Of a stretch of DNA of 64,000 nt, positions 15,101-27,100 are shown one piece after another. The DNA lies in assembly GCF_964355755.1 (NCBI RefSeq), contig NC_092671.1, positions 19,530,001-19,594,000 of the forward strand, in the 5' to 3' direction. A model generated the notes under the pieces. That model was not told the origin of the DNA. It was given only the letters and a program-made list of their open reading frames with translations, and made no database searches. Position numbers and translations under genes: made by a program. Within the stretch, counting starts at the first letter, position 1, and the number at the start of each line of letters is the position of its first letter. The DNA is from Antedon mediterranea (Eukaryota; Animalia; Echinodermata).

Positions 15101-18100
15101 CTTGTTGCGGATGTTGAAGACAACGTCTGGACCATCACCTCCATTCGGCGGCTTATTGTACCTAATAAACAAAAATGTCATCAAAGTTTAAAAAACAAAT
15201 ATTGGCAATCATTGGCGAAGATACATAATTTATCAAAAATGTGTGTGTAATTTTGTAAGTAGGATTTTTTTTTCAGCATGCAGAAGGAATCTTGTTATCA
15301 TAACATTAGCCTTTTGTATCATAAATATACTGAATACTGAATTGCTTTATTTGTCAATATCATAATAAAATATAAAAATTCTAGATTGGCAAAAAATAAC
15401 TACTGTATATAAGTTTATATACATTCCTATTCACCATGAAAGTTCCATACAGTAAAACCCCTATGTTTGAATACCACTCATTATGGGGATATGTTATGAG
15501 TAGGTAGGTGTTTGGATACCACTCATTATGGGGATATGTTATGAGTAGGTAGGTGTTTGGATACCACTCATTATGGGGATATGTTATGAGTAGGTAGGTG
15601 TTTGGATACCACTCATTATGGGGATATGTTATGAGTAGGTAGGTGTTTGGATACCACTCATTATGGGGATATGTTATGAGTAGGTAGTGTTTGGATACCA
15701 CTCATTATGGGGATATGTTATGAGTAGGTAGTGTTTGGATACCACTCATTATGGGGATATGTTATGAGTAGGTAGGTGTTTGGATACCACTCATTATGGG
15801 GATATGTTATGAGTAGGTGGTGTTTGGATACCACTCATTATGGGGATATGTTATGAGTAGGTAGGTGTTTGGATACCACTCATTATGGGGATATGTTATG
15901 AGTAGGTAGGTGTTTGGATACCACTCATTATGGGGATATGTTATGAGTAGGTAGGTGTTTGGATACCACTCATTATGGGGATATGTTATGAGTAGGTGGT
16001 GTTTGGATACCACTCATTATGGGGATATGTTATGAGTAGGTAGTGTTTGGATACCACTCATTATGGGGATATGTTATGAGTAGGTAGGTGTTTGGATACC
16101 ACTCATATGGGGATATGTTATGAGTAGGTAGGTGTTTGGATACCACTCATTATGGGGATATGTTATGAGTAGGTGGTGTTTGGATACCACTCATTATGGG
16201 GATATGTTATGAGTAGGTAGGTGTTTGGATACCACTCATTATGGGGATATGTTATGAGTAGGTAGGTGTTTGGATACCACTCATTATGGGGATATGTTAT
16301 GAGTAGGTAGGTGTTTGGATACCACTCATTATGGGGATATGTTATGAGTAGGTAGGTGTTTGGATACCACTCATTATGGGGATATGTTATGAGTAGGTAG
16401 GTGTTTGGATACCACTCATTATGGGGATATGTTATGAGTAGGTAGGTGTTTGGATACCACTCATTATGGGGATATGTTATGAGTAGGTAGGTGTTTTAAG
16501 TATTTACAGTTGGTCTTGACGGTGTCCTATTTATATGGGCTCTACTGTCCCTGAAATCAAGCATTTGATAATTGTAAAATGTATTTCAAAAGCTCTGTCT
16601 ACGCTATCAAACTTTATGTGACAAAAAAATGTGATGTGCACATATATGGACACGATGTTGTCATTTCACTACCATATTTGGGCATATCACTACCATATTT
16701 GGGCATATCCCTGCCATATTTGGGCACATCATACTATTTTTGTCAAACTAGTTTGATGGTGTAGACAGAGCTCAAAATACTGCTGGTGCATAAAAGGGTA
16801 TTGGAAACTTTGTTATGTCATTGTAATTTCTAAATAGGGATTTAAGATACATGGTTTTACTTACATAACTTTTGTCATTCCTTTATCTTCTACAAAACAA
16901 CAACATGGACAACAAGCAGCCCAGCAAGATCGACATCCTGCGCCGCATGCTGCAAAGCACGGGCACAGATCAGCACAACACACGCAGCATCCACATGCAA
17001 TGCAGAGTATTAGGAGAATTGCCAATAGCAATATCAGGAAGGCTATGCCAATAATTAAGAACCATAACCAGCGTGGAATTGTTGCTTCTTCTACAATAGG
17101 CAATAAAGTTGCTTTGATAGCTACGGTCTCAGCTAAAAAATTGTAATAAAAAAAAAAAAAAATATGACATCCAGATTACCTGATTGCAATTAAATAAAAG
17201 ATTAGGTTACTATTACAATCAAATGTGAAGGCCACATAAATATAAAATTGATAGAATATACCTTAACTTAATTTTACTTGTTTGCTACCGATGAAACAAA
17301 AACTCACATATGCATGTATGTTATTATTTTTAGTAAATGTACTTCCTGATCTATCTTGTGCTATTTATTAAATAGAGGTGCTATTTATTAAATAGAGGTG
17401 GTAAGGTAATTTTTTAGAATAATGATCTTTAAACAAATTAAATAATACTTACCTCCAGTACCTGTTGATGGAATTGTTGTTTGTTTGTTAGTTGAAACAA
17501 ATATAACATCAGTCTTAGACGGCACATAGCAAGCTTAAAAAAAACCCAAATGAATTGCACAAAATATTATTAAATACAAAAAAAAAAAAAAAATAATGTT
17601 TGCATTAAAAATACATTTGTTATTTCATAATATAAAAACTCTTGTGATTAGAAATAGAAATGTTTAAAAAAGGGAGGTTTTACTAAAATGATTAATTCAC
17701 GTTAAAAAAAAGACAATTTTTTTATACCAAATGTCAGGCTATATTTATATTTGCTGTATTTGATTTATTATCAACAGCAGCAAGATATTTGTACTGAATC
17801 AATTTTAATTTACTTTAACTTTCATCTGGATTTTTTTTTCAGACTAAGCGAAAGAAAGGTAGGCCCGGACTGATTAACGTTATATTTCTTTTGTTATTGA
17901 TTTTTGGTGGAGTTGGTAGCGGTTGAGGTACATTGGATGAACTTGAATTTATCATATGAATCAGGTAGGTGAAAAGCAATGTTTTCAATATTTTTTTTAA
18001 AACAAAAAAATTTAAATGATTTAAAACATTTTAAATTACAAACCTGGGGTTGTTTCACTAATCTCAAGAGACAGTGGACCATCTCCTTTCCTATTTTCTG

Positions 18101-21100
18101 CTAGAATCATAAAGTAGTACTGAGTATTGCAGTCCAATCCACGGATTGAGGTGGTAATCTCATTGCCATCAACAGACATTTTTGTCCACCGACTTAGCCG
18201 TAATTCATTATTAGTAGAATAGTACACTTTATAGCCTAAAAAAATATACACTCACATATTTAATATGTTGTAAGCTTGAATCATGTCATGTAGGAAAGTG
18301 CTCGATGCTGAGCAAAGCAGAATAAAGATAAATAGTCAAAGACGCTAGTTACATAACTAGCGTCTTTGACTATATTTATAAGTATATACATATTTATATA
18401 TTAGTTTAATTTTTTTCTTCAAGCAGCTCGTCAATTACAGAATGGATAAACTATTTTATAATTATTTTATTTTTTTATTTTATTGTGCTTATAGTCTTAT
18501 TTGAGGCTTTTAAAGTGGAGTTGAAAGAGTCATAAGCTACAACCCTGGCACAGGTCAGGATTGAAACCATGGCCATTCACACATTACAGTATATTTATTA
18601 TGGCTAAACCTAAGCCTGGTTTTGTTTCCAAAGTTGGTGGTGTTTGAAAAAAAAGGTAAACATCAAAGTATTTTCTTTATTTAAATATACTTTGAACAAT
18701 ACATTATTTGGTTTTCTATCCAATTTTGGGTCAAAGTGAATGATTAATATGACATTAAAGTTACCTACAGTAAAGGAAAACAATGAAAAACAGTACCTGT
18801 TATATAGCCATTAGGTTCTGTAGGAGGCATCCAATTGAGGTAAACTATTGACGATGAATTGGCATCAAGCACAACTTTGATGTCTGTAGGCGGTGACGTT
18901 GGTACTAAAATAAAGAGCAAAAGTGATACCAACAGCCTTGTAGTAGAACCATATTATGCAATGGACTATCTACTTCAACACCATTTTAACATTAATACTT
19001 ATACAGCGCATATTTCTATAAGCTCAGCGGCACTTCACTTACTCTCATAACATTGAACACTACTACTGTATATTTGATAAACAGTGGTGGTTTCTGGATA
19101 GAAATTTACATTTTTAATATATTCTTGTGTGGATAGTAGATTTGATAGTGGATTTGTTCATAAACACTTAAAGTTAAACTAACACTGGTTGTTTTGTGAT
19201 GTGTGGTGTGTATATGTATTACAACAAACCTTTTAGTGTAATTTTATGAATATTTAGTCGATTTAATCTTGAATGAATTTACTTATAAGAAGGTTAAGGC
19301 ACATACTCAATATTGATTAATTAATTGAACTAGTTTAATAAATTGTTTTATCACCATTACAATTACTTTGCTATAGTAACACTTTAATGAATTAATATCA
19401 TTCACGCTGATTTCACATTAGCAACCATGCTATTACACTGTGCTTTAACAGTCACCTCAAATTATTTAACAGATAAACTGGTCTAGTTTGCCAACTTATC
19501 AAATTTAGTAAGTCAAATAATGTATCAACACATAAACTGAGAACCAATCATTTAGAACACTTGTCAATAATGTGAATTTTAACAGATAAATAATGCTAAT
19601 GCAATTCAATTTCCATTAAAACTTAAATTTTGAATATCTCAAGTTACATATAATACATCTGGCCTATATAAATGTTTTAACATCAATCAAACTTTAGGAC
19701 TTCTCAAAATGAGTCATAAAGCAACATTTAGGACTGGCTAACCTCAGCGACAACTAACCCCTTTTGAATATGTGTATTCGTCAGCAGGGGTGGCGCCAGG
19801 ATCTTCCCGACGCGGGGGCTACATTCCCCAACGAGGGGGCTATGCGAGCATCACAAGGCTGGGTGCCAGGGGGCCGCCAAGGGCCACCGGTGGGGGTCCA
19901 GGGGGCGAAGCCCCCGGAAGCAACGCGTTCTAGCGTCATTTGAGGTCATTTTAATCAGATTTAGGGTAGCCATTTTTTCCATTTTTTATAATGCATAATG
20001 CTCCCAAGTGTATGCCTGCGTACCATCTGGACTTCCGGGTGGTGAGAAATTCATGACATACACAGGACATTGAAAATGTAATAACTTAGCTATAATAAGA
20101 TGTTGGCTAAGCGAAAATGGCATGTTTTTTTGTTTAGTAATGGATGAAATATTTATTTTAGGTGCCCCACGGTACAGAAGGTTACTTGTAAATTAAAAAA
20201 TTGGTGAACATACGAACAATTAACATAATTCGTTTTTGCTGTAGTGTATAGCGTACGTCGACACAGTACACGACGTAACCGTCGGTAAACTTCGCCTGGA
20301 AAATAACTACAGTACACATTTTGGTCCCTGGATGGAACTTGATATCACGCGTCTCGACCCAACGTTGAACGATTCGTACAAAGAGATACCGCCAGACAAG
20401 TGCGTACCTAGCTAATGTTTAGTAGTAAGTTAGATCGCTGGCAATAATGAATGCATATAAATTGCATAATAGCACTCTGACGTACTCTCAATGTCAATGA
20501 AACGTCGCGGTTTTCTAGGCGCTGAAGCTACCAAGTGAACGCGAACGTTTTTTACTGTATATTATATTCCCCGACAAAAAGTACCCGTGTTCCCTTCGGT
20601 AACCGTCGGTAAACTTCGCCTGGAAAATAACTACATTACACATGTTGGTCCCTGGATGGAACATGATATCACGCGTCTCGACCCAACGGTGAACGATTCG
20701 TACAAAGGGATACCGCCAAACAAGTGCGTACTAGCTATTGTTTAGTAGTTAGATCTCTGGCAATAATGAATGCATAAAAGTGCATAATAGCCCTCTGACG
20801 TACTCTCACGGTCAATGGAACGTCGTGGTTTTCTAGGCGCTGAAGCTATATGAAGTGAACGCGAACGTTTTTTACTGTATATTATATTCCCCGACAAAAA
20901 GTACCCGTGTTCCCCGACGGAGGGGCTAGGCTCCCCGACGAGGGGGCTAGAGCCCCCGTAGCGCCCCCCGCTGGCGCCACCACTGTTCGTCAGCAGTTAT
21001 TTGACATTAAACGAGAATCAATAATGCTCCAACTTATCGTAAAACATATTCCAATCTTAAAAAATAAAAGGGTGGGCTTATGTTATTCTTGCGTGACATG

Positions 21101-24100
21101 AAGATGCTGTATAGAAATCTAGGAACATACAGTTTACCTAGCTGCACCAGTCAGTCGAAAATCATATAAAAAAAAAAGTCCAGTTTATGGAATACTGTAT
21201 TGGTTTGGCTGTTACTACTTCATAGAAGAACTTTTTATTAAAAGAGAAGAATTTACAAGTACAATAAACGTTTTTAGAGCCTAAAGAATAATTATACCCA
21301 TGATGAGTTTATGTCTAACTTTAACATTTCTACTTATTTAATTTTTTTTTCCAATTCGTATTTTACATCAAAAAAACCTCCTAATTTTACTTTAGATTTA
21401 AAATATAATTTCTTAGTCTTTCTGTTATGAAACATAGCTAACTGTGCCAATTGAGGAAATCATTTTCATTATTTGTCCTAGAAGTTTAAAAAAAATAAAT
21501 ATTACAGTTATTACAAAATAGACTACAAATCTTATACGTCGATATAAGACAGTAGGATATTTTAATAATTTCATGTCAAATATTGTAAAATTTATAGTGT
21601 CGTACATGTAGTCCCCTCCTCACACACAATTTGATTTACAATACAATTGGCACCAAAAGAAGCAGCTTGTTAAATAAATTTGGTTACCAATCGTAGTTTG
21701 CCAAAGCTGTAGTTGTCCTAAGGGGTAGTTGTAGGCCTACATGGGGCAGTTTTCCTAGGGGGTAGTTGTCCTAGTAGGTAGCTAGAGGGTAGTTGTCCTA
21801 GGGGGTAATTGTCCTAGGGAGCAGTTGTCCTAGGGGTTAGTTGTCCTAGAGGGTAGTTGTCTTTAGGGGGTAATTGCCCTAGCGGGTAGTTGTCCTAAGA
21901 GGGTAGTTGACCCCTGGCTAACATCAGTCATAGAAGACCCTTTAGGATTTTCTAACATGAGTCTTATAGAGCAACATTTAGGACTGGCTAACCTCAGCCT
22001 CCTGTGCTAACATCAGTCATAGAACACCCGTTTAGGATTTTACATATGCAAATACAGTATTCATCTTATGGTTTGTATTTTTTCTATTCTTCTACCAGAT
22101 GATTTAGTTACCAGAAATATAGGATTGGTAAGTACTACAAAGAAAGTGTAATGTAATGAAATGAAGCTAGATAGAATGAATGTACACTGTCACTCACCTT
22201 CCACAAACAAATGACATCAATTAATTTGTATGTACATTAGAAACTGACTTACATGCATCTTTGGTCTTGGCTGAAGTCTCTATACTAAATTCACTTGATA
22301 TCCTGCCATCACTTGCTTTCACATCGAATATATATGTAGTGAATGGTTTAAGATTAACAACTTGTTGAGAAAAGGATGATGTATTAATGAACATGTAACT
22401 AATAAAAGAAAACAAATGACAAATATCAAAATATGAATATCAAATATTAATGATGGCAATTATGAACATTTAATGATGATGATCACAATAATAGAAATGA
22501 CAAAAATAATGAGACGATGAAGGTAATGAGAATGCTTTGATGAAGGAGATAACAATGATGATATGATGAAAGTGATGACTATGATGATACGATGAAGGTG
22601 TAACAATAAGGATACAATGAAAGTGATGACAATGATGATACAATCAAGGTGATAACAATGATGATACAATAAAGGTATTGAAAATGATTATACGATGAAG
22701 GTGTAACAATGAGGATACAATGAAGGTGATGAAAAATATGATATGATGAAGGTGATGACAATGATGAAGATAATGACAATAATATGATGAAGGTGATGAC
22801 AATGATGAGATGATGAAGGTGATGACAATGATGAGGTGACGAAGGTGATGACAATGATGTGATGAAGGTGATGACAATGATATGATAAAGGTGATATAAT
22901 GTTGATACGATGAAGGTGATGACAATGATGATACAATAAAGGTGAGGATAATGATGATATGAAAGGTGATGACAATGATATGATAAAGGTGATGACAATG
23001 ATACGATGAAGGTGATAAAATGTTGATACGATGAAGATGATGACAATGATGATACGATGAAGGGGATGACAATGAGGATATGATGAAGGTAATAACAATG
23101 ATACAATAAAGGTGATGACATGACGAAGTTGATGACAATGATGATATGATAAATGGGATGACAATGATGATACAATGAAGGTGATGACAATGATGATATG
23201 ATGAAGTTGATTATAATGATGATACAATGAATTGAATGACAATGATATGATAAAGGTGTCAACAATGATGATACAATAAAGGTGATGACAATGATGATAA
23301 AATGAAGGTGATGACAATGAAGATACAATGAAGGTGATGACAATGATGATACAATGAAGGTGAAGACAGTGATGGTATGATTAAAGTGATGACAATGATG
23401 ATACAATGAAGGTGATGACATTAATGTTGATGTTTATTGTATAACTGTTATAGTTTTCAAATGTTGTTTATTCTTATTTTAACCTGACCATTCAAAACAT
23501 GCGCAAGTCCTGCAATTGGTAGCCAAGGATCTTAGGTTACAACTATATAACCCCACTCTATGCCATTGAACATGACCATTTGAAAACAGAAAGATATTAT
23601 CATACTTACCGTGAAGATGAGAAGTTTGCTTTATATCTGAGTGTGTACTTGTAGCTACTTTCACCATTCCATTTCACCATTATAATTGAATCTGAAATTG
23701 CTTGAGCCTCTACTTTTAGTGGAGGGGTCAATATAGGCGTATCTGTTGCTATAGTTACAGAATAATCATGATAAACGTTATTATCACATAAATTATACAA
23801 ATATCTAGTCAAGTTCTTTAGTATGGTATTTAAATTTGTGTGACAATATAAATAAATTTCATAAATCAATGTTTAAACAATGAAGTTAGAATCTAAATTT
23901 GTAATTGTTTTTGTTTCGCTCTACTATAATTACATGTAATTTATTAGAATGAAATAAATTAGTTATTAACATGCAGTTTACAAAAAAGGTTTATTATCAT
24001 TAAATGATATATAAAATAAGCAATGGCCTACTGGATGTAAAAACCCAAGTTGAAAAGTATGTAAAATCTTGATGTAAACATAATATAATACCAAACAAAA

Positions 24101-27100
24101 TAATGATAAAGCAATTTGAAATTACAACTGAAATTAATGCATTGTTTGGTAATGTGGTTTAGGTTAAATAAAATTGGGGGCAGCAAGTATTTTTAAAAGA
24201 ATAGAATACTGTATTCTGTCATTGATGTTTTTTGATATGCTGTAGAATGGTGAAGAAATATAAAAGACATAAATAGAATATTATTGGATACAATTTACAC
24301 ATACATGACAAACAATGATTTAAAATTGAAATAAGAAGAGACAAAACAACAAAATACAGTTACAATTACCTTACTTATCTAATACTGTAATATCAACAGA
24401 ATAAGCCAGTTAAAATAAGTAATAGAATCTAATATGTTGAAGGAAATATTGATTGAATGTCAACCCTCAGTATTATTGTTAGAACACCTGAAAATACCTG
24501 AAAATACTAATAACTAAAATTCCTAAAACTAGATTAAATACACAGATATACCTTGCTAAATTAATCTATTTTTCACACACAATAATCTTTAGGCAAGAGA
24601 ATAAAGGATTGTTGGCCGTTGAAAGTGTTAGCTTTTACTATATTTGCTTACTTATTGGAATCATGGGCAAACTCCAAGAGCATGTTTCTACTGAAAACTC
24701 CAAAAAGAGCAGGTTCCTTTTGAAAATCTGGTTCTGGTAGTAATGATGATCACTTTGCAGCTTAATTTTTAATTTTTAATAAAACAAAACGGATTGTCTC
24801 AGTGGTACCTTAATGGATGTTATAGTACCCATAAACACTGGAAGTGAAACCGAGTTAGGTAATGGTGTGTTGTGATCATGTGAATGTTTGAAACGGTAGC
24901 ATCCTGATGTTGCAGGGCCGGTGGAACGAGTTTGAAATATATAAATGTTTTTTTGGGAGTGTGTAATGTTTTTAATTAATCTACTCTCCACCAAAGCGCA
25001 ACCATGGTTTGGACTAAAATGAGAACATTTTAGGAATAGTAGACATGTAAATGACCTAAAATCGTACTTATTAAAAGTATTCCGACTGGTTGGGATAAAA
25101 TTGATAATTAAAAATAAGCATGCGGCACGCACTATGGTTGGGGCTGGGGTGTGTAAATTTTAGGAATATGGACATGTAAATGCTTTTTGGGAGTGTACCA
25201 TTAATTGTTTTAACCTAATCTATTTCCACCTCAGTCCCAACCATGGTTGGGGCCATCTGAATGAACACAGATTGGTGACGCTTAAAAAAGAATAATCATT
25301 TTTAATGTTGACGCATTAATTTTCAGCTGCCAGGGAAACTAACTAAATTTAACAATATTGTTGATTTACTCAGAAAATTACATTCCTAATATGGCGATTT
25401 AGGCTACCTTTCTTATTCTCAGGTCAGAAAAAATGTCTCTACTTTACCCTTTATATTTTCTAATATTTGTTTTCTTATCTTAAAAAAAATGTCCTTGTTT
25501 CTGCCAGCGTTGTGTTGGGTGTTTAATTTTACTTGGTCACTGAAAAATGCTAAATAATAATAACACTCTACCAGAAAAAAGGCTAATAGCATCTATTTGT
25601 GGTGGCATATACAATATGTATACGCCGTTGTAAGCCTATAGTATTCCAAATGAACAAAACTTATCTTATGACAAAGTAAAATATCAATATTCAACGTAGT
25701 ACAGTAAGACATGCAGTTCTAAAATCTAGGGATTTTGGTGTAAAAGATATAAAAAATGAATAAATACTAATAAAAGTGCACGTTTTGAAAAGTAAAATAA
25801 AAATTGAAAATGATTATTTAGTATTAAATGATTGGTGAACATTTAACTAAAACATGTTGTCAAACCTTCTAAAAAAATTTATTAAAAAAATAAAAAAAAT
25901 TGGGAAAGGTGCCTATAATCCATGCGTTAACGAAGAGAATGTGACAAAAACATGCGTCCTAGGGATATTTGGATGTGTATTTTAATAAAGATCAGAATTG
26001 TTACAGTTTCAATAAGTTAAAAAAATGTTTTTAAGAAATGATTTATATAATTGGGTTTCCTTTAATTTTATAAATGAAAGGGTTTTATGGGTAACTACAA
26101 ATATTTAAATACAGTAGAACACTTCCTGTGAGACATTTATATCTAGGGGACACTTTGTTGGGTCCTGAAGGACGTGTCACTTGCTGTGAGACATTTATAT
26201 CTAGGGGACACTTTGTTGGGTCCTGAAGGACGTGTCCCATTAATAAGGGTTCTACTGTAGGCTTAATAATAACACTAAAACAATCTAATCTACACAAATA
26301 AAAAATCTTCATCTATAATAATCAATAATAAAAAGTGTAAAATAAAGAACTTGAGCTAAAAAATGCATTAAAAAAATAAATAAAAAGAATTTCTCTAGGT
26401 TCAACATTTCAAGGCGTGCATTTTTGTTTCTGAGCTAGGCATTAAACAAGTATGCCGTAAACATTTACTCCATGCCCATTCTGATGAAAATGACTCACGT
26501 TTATTTGGAACACCACAATCTACAGTTCTGGATACAAGACAAGCTTCAGGTCTATTACAATCCTCCTCTGTTTTTGTCCACGAACCACGCGAGCCTGCAA
26601 CCTCCTTTCCTTTCGCATCGAAACACCAACAGTCATTTTGGTCATAGCATTGTAGAGCTTTAAAATCTCCATTGTCGCAGCAACGTGGAAAGAAGGTGGC
26701 ATTTTTGGGAAGGGACTGGAGCCAATTGTAACACATACAAGCTGATGAGAAGATACAGGAACAAGGAAAAGATAAAAACCACAATTGACTATGAAAAGCA
26801 TGTGAATGCTGCAAATCTCAGAGCCAAGAGATATGACAAGCAAGTTAGGAAATCCAAGCGGGACAGAGCTGTCGGATAAGTTCACACCAGTTATAGAACT
26901 ATGGATGAGGCAAAGCTATGGAAAAGAGTGATGGGATGATGTGCTGAACCTATTATAGCCCAATGGCTTGTACCATATTAGCTAAAATGTGCAAGATTAA
27001 GGGAGGTTATTAAAGATTATGTGCTCAAACAAGGAAAAATAAGTTATTAAAAACAAACCACCGCACTTAGTGTGTGTTAGAAACCAGAAAGAAAATTAAT

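Noticed and set aside
15381-16495. CRISPR-like array or repeat protein (YPNTYLLITYPHNEW)n
   Set aside because: Units are contiguous with no unique spacers, the context is a eukaryotic intron, and 1-nt deletions break the frame; it is a minisatellite.
22460-23421. His/Ile/Ser-rich ORFs of up to 280 aa
   Set aside because: Open in several frames because of the (CAT)-type repeat; the flanking FN5 exons join in phase without it.
24810-26109. Possible Kolobok-like element with TTAA ends
   Set aside because: The terminal inverted match (TACCCATAAA / TTTATGGGTA) is too short and degenerate to define an element.
26401-26520. DCGVP as the start of a trypsin-like protease in a separate nested gene
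   Set aside because: A GTGAGT donor follows at once, no IVGG or catalytic exons were seen, and phases fit the host gene; kept only as an alternative to the cassette-exon model.
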